The notes under the pieces are model-generated. The model saw only the letters and a program-made list of their open reading frames with translations. It made no database searches and had not been told where the DNA came from. This document shows, in pieces, positions 38,415 to 47,279 of a DNA stretch of 64,000 nucleotides. Position 1 is the stretch's first letter. Every line of letters begins with the position of its first letter. The translations under genes were made by a program, and so were the position numbers. The stretch spans positions 56,296,001-56,360,000 of the forward strand of contig OZ320321.1 in the NCBI GenBank assembly GCA_976226885.1, read 5' to 3'. The stretch comes from Iphione sp. A-MEVVRFRX5. Lineage: Eukaryota.

Positions 38415-39346
38415 GGCGGGCGGCGTCCGATTCCGTACCCTCCGGCCTGGGACCCCCCTTGGAGGCGATGGTCGCCGCCATCGAGGGGGAGACCAGGAGG
38501 GTACTGCAAGGAAGGAGGAGGACGGGGTGCCGGGGAGTACTGTTAGAAGGAGAAGTTGGCGGACAGGTGGTGGACTGGCTGGTGGACACAGCGGCCTCCG
38601 CTTCCCTCCTCTCGGCACGGTCCTACCGAGAACTACAGGGGGTGTCGTTGAACCCGGCGGGGGCACAAGTCTTCGGGGTGGACGGCAGCGCCCTACAAGT
38701 GTTGGGGCTGGTGGATTGCGAAGTTCGGTTCGCAGGGGCCACTCTACGGGTGGTGGCTATCGTGGTAGAGATGGAGATACCGGGCCTACTTGGTTTGGAC
38801 TGGCTGGATCGGTGGGCGGCCACAGTGGATACGAGGGAAGCCACAGTCACTGTTTGTCCCGGCCACCGCGAATGGGCGGCCACCCTGCGAGCCAGCGGCA
38901 GCCAAGAGATTCCTGCAGGAGGAATAGGCTGGGTTCAAGCGAAGGCGTGTCAAGGAGGGGTCGACTCTTTGGAAGGGTTGACAGAGGCTAACGCCCAGTT
39001 CGAGTCACGCTCGGGACTACGAGTGGCGCGCGCGCTGGTACGACCCCAGGAGGGGAGGGTGTGGGTTCCAGTGTGGAATCCCGGCCCCCAGGTGACACGA
39101 GTCTTCGAGGGAACCCGGCTGGCCGAGCTCAGCCGGGTCGCCGCAGTGCTTGGACCACCCGAGGCCCCCCGGGAGCAGGTAGAGGCAGAACAAGAGCAAG
39201 CGGTAGAATACTTGCTAGGGCAATTGCCGGTAGAGACCACCGACTCAGAGCGGCAGCAGATAGCGGCCATGCTACGGTGCCATCGCGAGGTCTTCCAGAC
39301 AGCCAGTGGCCCGCTCGGGCGTACCCCGGAAGTCCGACATCGCTAG
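38363..39346 (+). CDS. Aspartic protease plus dUTPase-like spacer domain (5' part of pol)
   Basis: WLVDTAAS (DTG-like site, D at 38585); GLLGLDWL; then a beta-rich V-W-N-P-G...GT-R-LA-E-L region; ends GRTPEVRHR*. Confidence 0.85.
   Translation, partial: SCSVAAGKREAARPGSVGRAASDSVPSGLGPPLEAMVAAIEGETRRVLQGRRRTGCRGVLLEGEVGGQVVDWLVDTAASASLLSARSYRELQGVSLNPAGAQVFGVDGSALQVLGLVDCEVRFAGATLRVVAIVVEMEIPGLLGLDWLDRWAATVDTREATVTVCPGHREWAATLRASGSQEIPAGGIGWVQAKACQGGVDSLEGLTEANAQFESRSGLRVARALVRPQEGRVWVPVWNPGPQVTRVFEGTRLAELSRVAAVLGPPEAPREQVEAEQEQAVEYLLGQLPVETTDSERQQIAAMLRCHREVFQTASGPLGRTPEVRHR
38381..38424 (+). promoter_or_regulatory. Putative -1 ribosomal frameshift signal (G_GAA_AAC plus GC stem-loop)
   Basis: Heptamer at 38381-38387; 5-nt spacer; perfect 11-bp stem 38393-38403/38414-38424. 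The pro frame is -1 to gag and open from 38363. Confidence 0.75.
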
Positions 39347-41930
39347 GCGCCTCCCCCCTCACAAGAGGGAGGCAGTTCGCGCGGAGGTAGACAAGATGGT
39401 GCAGAAGGGGGTGCTGGAGCCCTCCACAAGCCCGTGGGCATCCCCGCTGGTGCTCGTACAGAAGAAGGATGGGGGACTGCGGTTTTGTATCGACTATCGC
39501 AAACTCAACGCCATCACCAAGAAAGATGCGTTCCCCCTCCCTCGGATAGACGACACCCTCGATGCTCTACAGGGCAGCCAGTACTTTTCCGCGATCGACC
39601 TGGCCAGCGGCTACTGGCAGGTCGAGATGGAGCCGGCGGACGCGGAGAAGACGGCGGTGTGCACCCCGAACGGCCTTTACCAGTTCCGGGTAATGCCGTT
39701 CGGCCTCTGTAACGCGCCCTCCACCTTTGAGCGGCTTATGGAGTCCGTGCTGCGGGGCCTCGTGGGCACCGAGTGCTTAGTGTATCTCGACGACGTGATC
39801 GTCCTGGGCCGCTCGGTGGAGGAGATGTGCACTCGACTAGGCACGGTATTCCAGAGGCTGAGGGAGGCTGGACTCCGCGTCAAAGCATCCAAGTGCCAAC
39901 TATTCCAACGAGAGGTGGCATACCTGGGCCATCGGGTTTCGGCGGAAGGAGTGGGAGTCGACCCAGAGAAGATCAGGGCCGTCTCGCGATGGCCCCGCCC
40001 CCGGTGCGTAGCAGAACTTCGAAGCTTTCTAGGACTCTGCTCGTACTACCGCAGCTTTGTGGAGGGGTTTGCCACCCTGGCGGCACCCCTGCATGCCCTG
40101 GCTGGAGCGGAACAGGAGTTTCGGTGGTCCCCCGCCTGTCAAGAAGCCTTCGAGCAACTGAAGGCCCGGCTGTCCACTACCCCCATCCTGGGTTACCCGA
40201 CACCCGTGGGACAGCTGCTCCTGGATACCGATGCTTCGGACACCGGCATCGGTGCGGTGTTGTCCCAGTTGCAGGAGGGGCGCGAGCGGGTGCTGGCCTA
40301 CGCCAGTCGCACACTGACTCGCCCAGAACGGAACTATTGCGTTACGAGGAAAGAACTCCTGGCGGTGGTGTTCGCCCTCCGGAAGTTTAGATGCTATGTG
40401 GGGGGGAGAGCCATTGACATCCGCACCGACCACGATTCCTTGCGCTGGCTGTGCAACTTCCACGAACCACAGGGTCAGCTGGCCAGGTGGCTGGAGGAGA
40501 TCTTCTGTCACGACCTTCGGATCACGCACCGGCCAGGGAAGCGCCATGGTAACGCCGACGGACTATCACGGCAAGAATGCAAGCAGTGCGGCCGGCGAGA
40601 TCTGGAGTCCGAGAGTGCGGCGGCGGTAGGCATCGCCGGAGTAGAGGGCGGCCCCGACGTGTGCCAGATGCAGAGGATGGAACCGGCAACAGCCGAGCTC
40701 ATCCAAGCGCTAGAGGGAGGGGGGCCCCCCCCTGGGCTGCGGGCTGGACTGACCTGGGAGGAAAGACAGCTCAGAGCGGAAGGCCCGAGACTCGAGCTCC
40801 GATCGGGAGCACTGGTGCGCCTCTGGGAAGAGGAAGACCGGCAGAGGCTCCCCCAGACCTACGTCCCCCGGGCCATACGGAAGAGCCTCTGGCAGGAGAC
40901 CCATGCAGGCCCAGTGGGTGGCCACCTTGGTCCGGAGAAGACTGGAGCAGCGCTGCGCCGGCGCTGGTTCTGGCCCGGGATGTCGCGCGACGTCGCACGC
41001 TGGTCACAGTGCTGTCAGGCATGCCAACAAAGGAAAGGGCCAGGGAGGCGCCACCGGGCCCACCTGCAAGGACGCCCTGTGTCGGAGCCGTGGGAAGTGC
41101 TGGCGGCCGACATTTTGGGGCCACTGCCTGTGACGGAGAGAGGAAACAGGTATATCCTGGTAGTGGCCGACCACTTCTCGAAGTGGACAGAGGCGTTCCC
41201 TTTGGAGGAGGCCACCGCGGCGGCCACCGCCGACATCATCGTTAGGGAAGTGGTCTGCCGTTTCGGACCTCCACGGGTACTCCATTCGGACCAGGGCCGT
41301 AACTTCGAGGCGGCACTGTTCGTGGAAGTACTACGACTCCTCGGGATAGAGAAATCCCGAACCACCCCTTACCACCCTCAGAGTGATGGGGTGGTCGAGC
41401 AATTTAATCGCACCTTGGGGAACATGCTGGGCACGCTGGCTGAGGAGCGTCGGAAGGACTGGGACCAAGCCCTGCCGTTCGTGATGGCCGCCTACCGGGC
41501 CACCCCCCACAACGCTACGGGGGAATCACCGAACCAGACGCTGCTGCATCGAGAGGTGACACTGCTGGTGGAACTACGCTATGGTGGCCCGGCCCCACCC
41601 CTGGTGGATCGTGGGGAGTACGCAAACCGGATAGCGGAAGAGGTCCGCCGAGCGCATGAGAAGGTGGCGGAGAAATTGAGTCGTGTGGCCGAACAGCAGA
41701 AGGACTGGTATAACCGAGGGGTGAGACACCAACGGTACGCCGAGGGTGACCGAGTCTGGCTTTTCACCCCGGCTCGCAAGAAAGGGATCTCCCCGAAGCT
41801 GCAGAGCTGGTGGGAGGGGCCTTGGACCGTGGTAAAGGCGTTGTCCGAAGTGGTGTACCGAGTTAGTCGGGGACATCGGCAGAGAGTGGTCCATGCTGAT
41901 CGCCTGAAGATCGCCCATCTCGACCCCCAG
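39339..41930 (+). CDS. pol: Pol: reverse transcriptase, RNase H, integrase (part of ORF 39306-46475)
   Basis: SPWASPLVLVQKKDGGLRFCIDYRKLN; YLDD (39783-39794); DTDAS; HHCC finger; DILGP, HSDQG and GVVE core; WEGPW motif. Confidence 0.97.
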
Positions 41931-44900
41931 GTGACGTGCGGCGTTCAAGGAGCCGCAGCGGCACAGGACGAGGGGCAGCGGATTCGAGAAGAAGCCGCAG
42001 GGCCGCTCGGCCTTACCATGACGATAGAGGGCGCCGCAGCCGCATCTCTGCATATAAGAGGCAGCGCGCTGGGGCCCGTCCCGCCGACCGCAATACCGCG
42101 TGATTCGACCGCTAGTCTCCAGGCGGCGCCAGGGGAGCCGCAGGAAGTTGCACCCGAGCGACACCACACGATCCACAGCGTCGTGATCTACGCCACACGT
42201 GTCGAGCGCCAGCCGGACGCACTTACACCCGCTAACCAGAAAATATCGACCCAGGGCCGCTGCGACAAGGAGGAAGCCGCTGCCACTCAGCGTCTGTTTT
42301 CAACGAGGGACTCGCCGCAGCAGCACGAGGTGAGGAATCCACCATTGGTAGCCGCACATATGGGCGATAACCGGGGTAACGGGAGAAAGCCGCGTTGGGT
42401 GAGCGGCGAAGGTCGTGATGCACCCTTGTTTTTCGATGAAGTGTGTGATAAACCTGTCGCCGCTGCGGAGGGAACTACCTGGAACCGTTACTCTCACGGG
42501 TACCTTTCTTCCGCAGCTCGACTGGCGTGCCGCGCAGGGGTGGACTGTAGCCGCACCATTCCCCTCCGACGCAGTGGCCGCAGGCTCGCCCGCTCCAGTG
42601 GGGTTGACGTGCCCCTGCCGCTGTGCGGCAATCTGACGGACGCAGCGCCGCGGCCCGGGTGCCGGGACGCTGCCGCGGCATCACCAGGCGACACCCAGCA
42701 ACAAGAGGATCGCCGCAGTACCGCGCCCAGCCACCCACGCGGGGAGATCCACGACGCCGCAGAGGCCGACCTTGCCGCGCCAGGGCCGATCCAGACCCGC
42801 AGTGCCGCTGCGGCCCTCGCTGTTCCGCCACCGGGCGGCCGTGCGGATCGCGCCTCGCCAGGGCCGCATCGCCGCAGCGACGACATGGCAGATGTACCTG
42901 AGGACGTCCCCCCGCCCAGCGCTGAGAGCAACGACTCAGAGTCTTCTGGCGAAGAGGAGCCAAGTGCCCCAGAGGAACGCCGTCACCGTTGCTCTCGTTG
43001 TGCGTCTACCTTCGCACAGCCATCCAACCTGCGCCGCCACCTGAAAGACGTGCATGCGCCGGAGGGGTTGGGCTGGTTGTGCCCCGACCCCGAGTGTGAG
43101 CAGCAAGCCTTCCACCGGCGCACCGACTGGAAGCGACACCTGAACGGGGTGCACGAGCCCAACGACTGGGCCCTGACGGTGGATCTCCAGTACTTGCGGT
43201 TCTGGGGCCTCAACCCCACCTACGGGGAACCGCGGCTCTGCCCGGCCGACAAGATGGAGATGTTGCAGCGAGCCCGGGCCCGGGAAAAGAAGAGCCGGGA
43301 GAAGGAGGTGCGCCGGGCAGCGGGCCGACTTCCGACGCAGAGGGGGGCCTCCAAGCGGGGTGGTAAGAAAAGAGGGCGCTCCGCTACGCCGGAGGAAGGC
43401 AGCGACAGCCGAGCAGAGGGACCGCCCGCGACGACCCCAGGGGCTGCAACCCAGCTGCAGCAGGAGCCCGACGCCGGTCAGTCAGCCGAGCAGCCAGAGG
43501 ACCAAGCAGGGCCTCCACCAGTGCAGCCGTCGACGTCTACTGGCACGTCGACCCCGTCGGGCCCCCGAGCCATCGGGGGGACGCGGAGGGCCCGACGGCG
43601 ACGGGGAGCGTCCACCCGTCAGAGGAGAGATCCCCCTCCCAGTTCGTCGGAGGAAAGTGCTCTACTGTCCGCTCGGGCGCCAGGGGTGGTATCCCGGACG
43701 GTGTCGTCGGGCCCGCCGGGTGAGGAGGAGACCATGGCCGGGGATGCCGATCAGAGTGGGAGTAGCTGCGCCGGACCCCCCCCACCGCCCGCAACCACCA
43801 GAGCGCCGGAACCGGATAGGGGGGCACCGCCGCGCCCTCCGGGCGCTGAGGGTGCCACTGTTGCCCTGGAGGGGCGAGGGACTGACCTCCCCGCGGGTGC
43901 CCCACACCGAGGACCGCAAACCCCACCGGGTCCCCCGCCTAGTAGTAGTTCGGGCCGGGACTCTTCCACCGACGAGGCGCGGCGCTTGGTGAAGGAGTGG
44001 GCTGCCAGCGCCCTGCGCGGAGAAGGGGCTGACCGTCGCGCCCCGGGGCCTCCAGCGTCGACTATGCCCGATCTTCCGCCAGACAGTGAGAGAGGAGGGT
44101 CCGACGTCTCCGGTCAGACGTCAGACCGCGGCACGGGGACTCCCGACGAGGCGGGGGATGGTGACACTCCTTCCACGGCCGAGCCCTCGCCCCAGGAAGC
44201 ACTAGGCCAGTGCACTGGCTCTACGGGAGCCGCGACAGGAGACAGCCAGGGCAGTGGAGGATCGGGACCACCGCCCCGCCTAGACCAGCGGCTGGCGACT
44301 CGCACGTATGCGAGGTCGCACCGCCCTCCCCCCCAGGAAGAAGGAGGACGGGACGCCCCCCCACCGCAGCCAGAGGTAGCCACGCCCGACACTATAGACC
44401 TGCCTGCAGGGGCGTTGCACTACAAGGGACGCAGGCTGTTCCTGGACTCGGCCAGCCAGACGTCAACGGATGAACCTCCCCCGCAGCTGCGGGTGGTCCT
44501 CCCCCGGGCGTCGACCGTGGAGCCGAGGAGCGAGGGACTGCCCGGACTCGCCGGTGCGGCGGGGACTCGCCAGGTGGGAGTACGGGCGACGTTTAGGGCC
44601 TCCCCCGCGGCTCGGTCGGCCGGATTGTCACCCCCCTGTCGCCTCCCTGGCATGGGCAGGGGTGCCCCCGGCCGCCGAGGAGAGCCCAGGCCGGGAACCC
44701 CGATGGGAGCGCCATCGTGGGAGGAAGAGGAGAGTCGGCTGGACGAACGCCTAGGCGTAGGTTGGGAACGGCCGGTGGAGGGCGACGTGGTGGACCTTGT
44801 GACACCGCCCGGGTCCGTTGCGCCATCGCCGGCCAAGAGGCCGAGATTGAAGGGAGCCGCGGGGGCCGACCCAGCTGGGGAGCCCTTGACCGCGGGCCCG

Positions 44901-46475
44901 GCCGGGGCACACGGGTCCTCGAGTGAAGGACAGACCCTCGGCGATGACGGTGAAGAGGACCAGGAGCTGGCGACTCTCTTCGAAGAGGAATCCTCGGAAG
45001 AGGAGCCGGAACCTCCCCCCGACGACATGGCCTCGCGCCCGCGCGGCTCACCTGCGCCTGACACCGCTCCCAGGGGTCCTCAGCCGGCCATGCCCACCGA
45101 ACCGAGGGCTCCTCCGGGGCCCAACGGCGCAGACGCAGCCGGAACCGCAGCAAGATCTCCGAAGAGCCTGTCGCCGGCAGCGGTCCCAACGTCAGTAGCG
45201 CGAAAGGAGGCAGAGACGGAGAAGGGTCCAGATGGCGGCGTGAGACCCAACCCTACTGCCGCCGAGGGGGCCGGCCCGACGTCCGACCCCACGACCAGTT
45301 CAGCCGCCGAGCCAACCGTCGCAGAGACGCCAGCGGAGAGCCCGCGGGGCATGCCCACCACCCTGGGGCGGGGAGGCGAGGAGGCGACGTCGGGCCCAGG
45401 GCGGGCACACGAACCCAGCGGGCCGACGGGGGACGAGGTGGCCACAACGGGGGAGGTTGAGTTAGCCACCAGCCCCGCCGCCAACCCCACCGCAGACCCG
45501 ACCCCCGGGGGATTACCGACTGAAGGGCGACGAGAAGACGCTACCGAGGGGACGACGAGTCCAGAGCGGCCTGGAGAGCCGAGGGACCCGGCGGAGGGGG
45601 GGCATCGCCCCCCTCCACTTCATCTCCAGCTGTTGCCGCAGCCCTCGCGAGGGAGAGGGAACTGGTCCGCAGGACGGACGCGGGGCAAAAGCATGTCCCC
45701 AGTGCCAGGGACAACTCGACCAGAAGGGCCCCGCCGGAAGCAGGGCGGAGCCGGCGTGCCTGTGACGGCTGGAGGGGGCACGGAGGGCCGCGGTCGAGGG
45801 CCCCTTTTCGCGTCCACCCCAAGAACCCCCGGAGGCGAGGGAAGAGCGAGCCCTCGCGGAGTGGCCCCCGTCAGACCTTGGGAGGACCCGACAACAACAG
45901 CTGTGCCAGGAGGGCGTCCGCGCGGGCCGACACCGGGCCCTGGCCGCGGAGCACGCCCCCCGTCGGGCCCCTCCCTGGTGCTGGGACCACCGGCGCTCCC
46001 CGGTCCAGAGGGGTGGGGGACACGGCCACGCTTCCCCCCGGGCCCGTCCGCTCCTCCCAGCGTACCTTGGCCGGGCCGGCCAACCCCCGGAACAGGAGCA
46101 CCATTACAGGATGTGTCGGGTTCGTCGGGAGCGGAAGAGGAGGTTCCGGCCGCCGTATACGTCTGGGCGGCATCACGCTTGGTGTCGCCTGAGTCTACCC
46201 TACCACCCGGGTGGATGATTATCTCCAACTCCTCGGCACTGGACGTGCAGGTGCTTACCGCCGGACAGGTGAAAGTCGTCCTCCGGCAGACCGTCACGTT
46301 CCGACGGCTCGGGGTGCCGGTCCCAGGCAGCGAGCTGGCCACGTGGTATGCCAACTACGGGACGGTGCTAACTCGGGGCCGTCCAGTGCGGCTCCTGTCC
46401 ACGTGGCGGGAGGAGCCCACCGCCGGGGGTAATGTGGAAGTTCACATCCACGAGTCATGGACAGTTTATCTGTGA
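41931..46475 (+). CDS. Uncharacterised ORF3 fused in frame to integrase: 2x C2H2 zinc finger, long disordered region, unknown C-terminal domain
   Basis: 1514 codons without a stop after integrase. CSRC...HLKDVH and CPDPEC...HLNGVH at 42990-43154; strong-context ATG at 42885; no signal peptide or TM helix visible. Confidence 0.85.
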   Translation: MTCGVQGAAAAQDEGQRIREEAAGPLGLTMTIEGAAAASLHIRGSALGPVPPTAIPRDSTASLQAAPGEPQEVAPERHHTIHSVVIYATRVERQPDALTPANQKISTQGRCDKEEAAATQRLFSTRDSPQQHEVRNPPLVAAHMGDNRGNGRKPRWVSGEGRDAPLFFDEVCDKPVAAAEGTTWNRYSHGYLSSAARLACRAGVDCSRTIPLRRSGRRLARSSGVDVPLPLCGNLTDAAPRPGCRDAAAASPGDTQQQEDRRSTAPSHPRGEIHDAAEADLAAPGPIQTRSAAAALAVPPPGGRADRASPGPHRRSDDMADVPEDVPPPSAESNDSESSGEEEPSAPEERRHRCSRCASTFAQPSNLRRHLKDVHAPEGLGWLCPDPECEQQAFHRRTDWKRHLNGVHEPNDWALTVDLQYLRFWGLNPTYGEPRLCPADKMEMLQRARAREKKSREKEVRRAAGRLPTQRGASKRGGKKRGRSATPEEGSDSRAEGPPATTPGAATQLQQEPDAGQSAEQPEDQAGPPPVQPSTSTGTSTPSGPRAIGGTRRARRRRGASTRQRRDPPPSSSEESALLSARAPGVVSRTVSSGPPGEEETMAGDADQSGSSCAGPPPPPATTRAPEPDRGAPPRPPGAEGATVALEGRGTDLPAGAPHRGPQTPPGPPPSSSSGRDSSTDEARRLVKEWAASALRGEGADRRAPGPPASTMPDLPPDSERGGSDVSGQTSDRGTGTPDEAGDGDTPSTAEPSPQEALGQCTGSTGAATGDSQGSGGSGPPPRLDQRLATRTYARSHRPPPQEEGGRDAPPPQPEVATPDTIDLPAGALHYKGRRLFLDSASQTSTDEPPPQLRVVLPRASTVEPRSEGLPGLAGAAGTRQVGVRATFRASPAARSAGLSPPCRLPGMGRGAPGRRGEPRPGTPMGAPSWEEEESRLDERLGVGWERPVEGDVVDLVTPPGSVAPSPAKRPRLKGAAGADPAGEPLTAGPAGAHGSSSEGQTLGDDGEEDQELATLFEEESSEEEPEPPPDDMASRPRGSPAPDTAPRGPQPAMPTEPRAPPGPNGADAAGTAARSPKSLSPAAVPTSVARKEAETEKGPDGGVRPNPTAAEGAGPTSDPTTSSAAEPTVAETPAESPRGMPTTLGRGGEEATSGPGRAHEPSGPTGDEVATTGEVELATSPAANPTADPTPGGLPTEGRREDATEGTTSPERPGEPRDPAEGGHRPPPLHLQLLPQPSRGRGNWSAGRTRGKSMSPVPGTTRPEGPRRKQGGAGVPVTAGGGTEGRGRGPLFASTPRTPGGEGRASPRGVAPVRPWEDPTTTAVPGGRPRGPTPGPGRGARPPSGPSLVLGPPALPGPEGWGTRPRFPPGPSAPPSVPWPGRPTPGTGAPLQDVSGSSGAEEEVPAAVYVWAASRLVSPESTLPPGWMIISNSSALDVQVLTAGQVKVVLRQTVTFRRLGVPVPGSELATWYANYGTVLTRGRPVRLLSTWREEPTAGGNVEVHIHESWTVYL

Positions 46476-46635
46476 TCCTGAGAAGCGGATATAGCTGACG
46501 ATCGGACTGTCCCTGGATTCGCGACATTACGTGATTGTGTCACCGGACTTGAACGCAGACCGCCCCCGGACTCGAGCATGTTGTCTAGTTACAGTTACGG
46601 TTGGGGAGTGAGTTGCTTGGGGACAAGCAACCTCT

Positions 46636-46645
46636 AAGGGGAGGG
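46636..46645 (+). promoter_or_regulatory. Polypurine tract
   Basis: AAGGGGAGGG, 3 nt before the 3' LTR. Confidence 0.85.
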
Positions 46646-46648
46646 TAA

Positions 46649-46958
46649 TGTTGGAGCCACTGCGTGGCTGCGGCACCGCGGCACGCCAGAGGTGCTGCGG
46701 CACAGTGGACCGGACAGGCGGGGTGCAGCGGCACGCCCCCGTGCGGCACTCGAAGGGGTGCTGCGGAGTTTGAGGGGACGGTACCCGGATGCTGAAGAGA
46801 CTGGGGGTGGGTATATAAGGGAGTTGGCCCACCTGGGCAGTTCAGATTACCTTTGGTACTCACGGTTGGTGCTTACTGCTTGTGCCTTTATCGTTCTTAT
46901 CGAATAAACCTCTTTATCTTAACTGGAGTCATGTCTTACTTGCGGAGCGGACGCTACA
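46649..46958 (+). repeat. 3' LTR (310 bp)
   Basis: Direct repeat of the 5' LTR; TG...CA termini. Confidence 0.98.
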
Positions 46959-47279
46959 ATATCAATCCATGGCCATCGGTAGAGTCATATCAAGTAATAT
47001 GCAAATAGCAGAAAATGTTCGAGACAGCTAATTTGTGTGTTGTAATAATTTCGGCCGACGAATAAATGCAAGTACAATATCATAACTTGCGATGAATTAG
47101 GTAGAATTAAACAGATGTATGGACAATGAAATGTACCTAAATTCCTCTGCAGGAGAAAAAAAATAACCATGTCATCGCAATGCTGTCAAATTACACACAA
47201 AACACGTCTAGCTTGAAAACATTTCCCTTTCTTCCTCTCTCTCTTCAAACATATAAGACATATCTTAGGAATACAACAA

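Larger units (their letters stand above)
36687..46958 (+). mobile_element. Full-length, recently inserted Ty3/Gypsy LTR retrotransposon with an extra zinc-finger coding region in the env position
   Basis: TG...CA LTRs; ATAT target-site duplication at 36683-36686 and 46959-46962; PBS; PPT; domain order gag-PR-RT-RNaseH-INT. Confidence 0.98.

Noticed and set aside
39341-39347. Programmed +1 frameshift at CGC TAG G
   Set aside because: Conserved residues between HR and RRLP are missing, which a deletion explains better; kept only as an alternative
41931-46475. Calling ORF3 an env gene
   Set aside because: No signal peptide, transmembrane helix or ectodomain-like cysteine pattern; it has C2H2 fingers and NLS-like motifs instead
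36920-46527. Dozens of short overlapping or antisense ORFs inside the Gypsy element
   Set aside because: Expected from high GC and stop-codon scarcity; no motifs; shadows of gag, pol and ORF3
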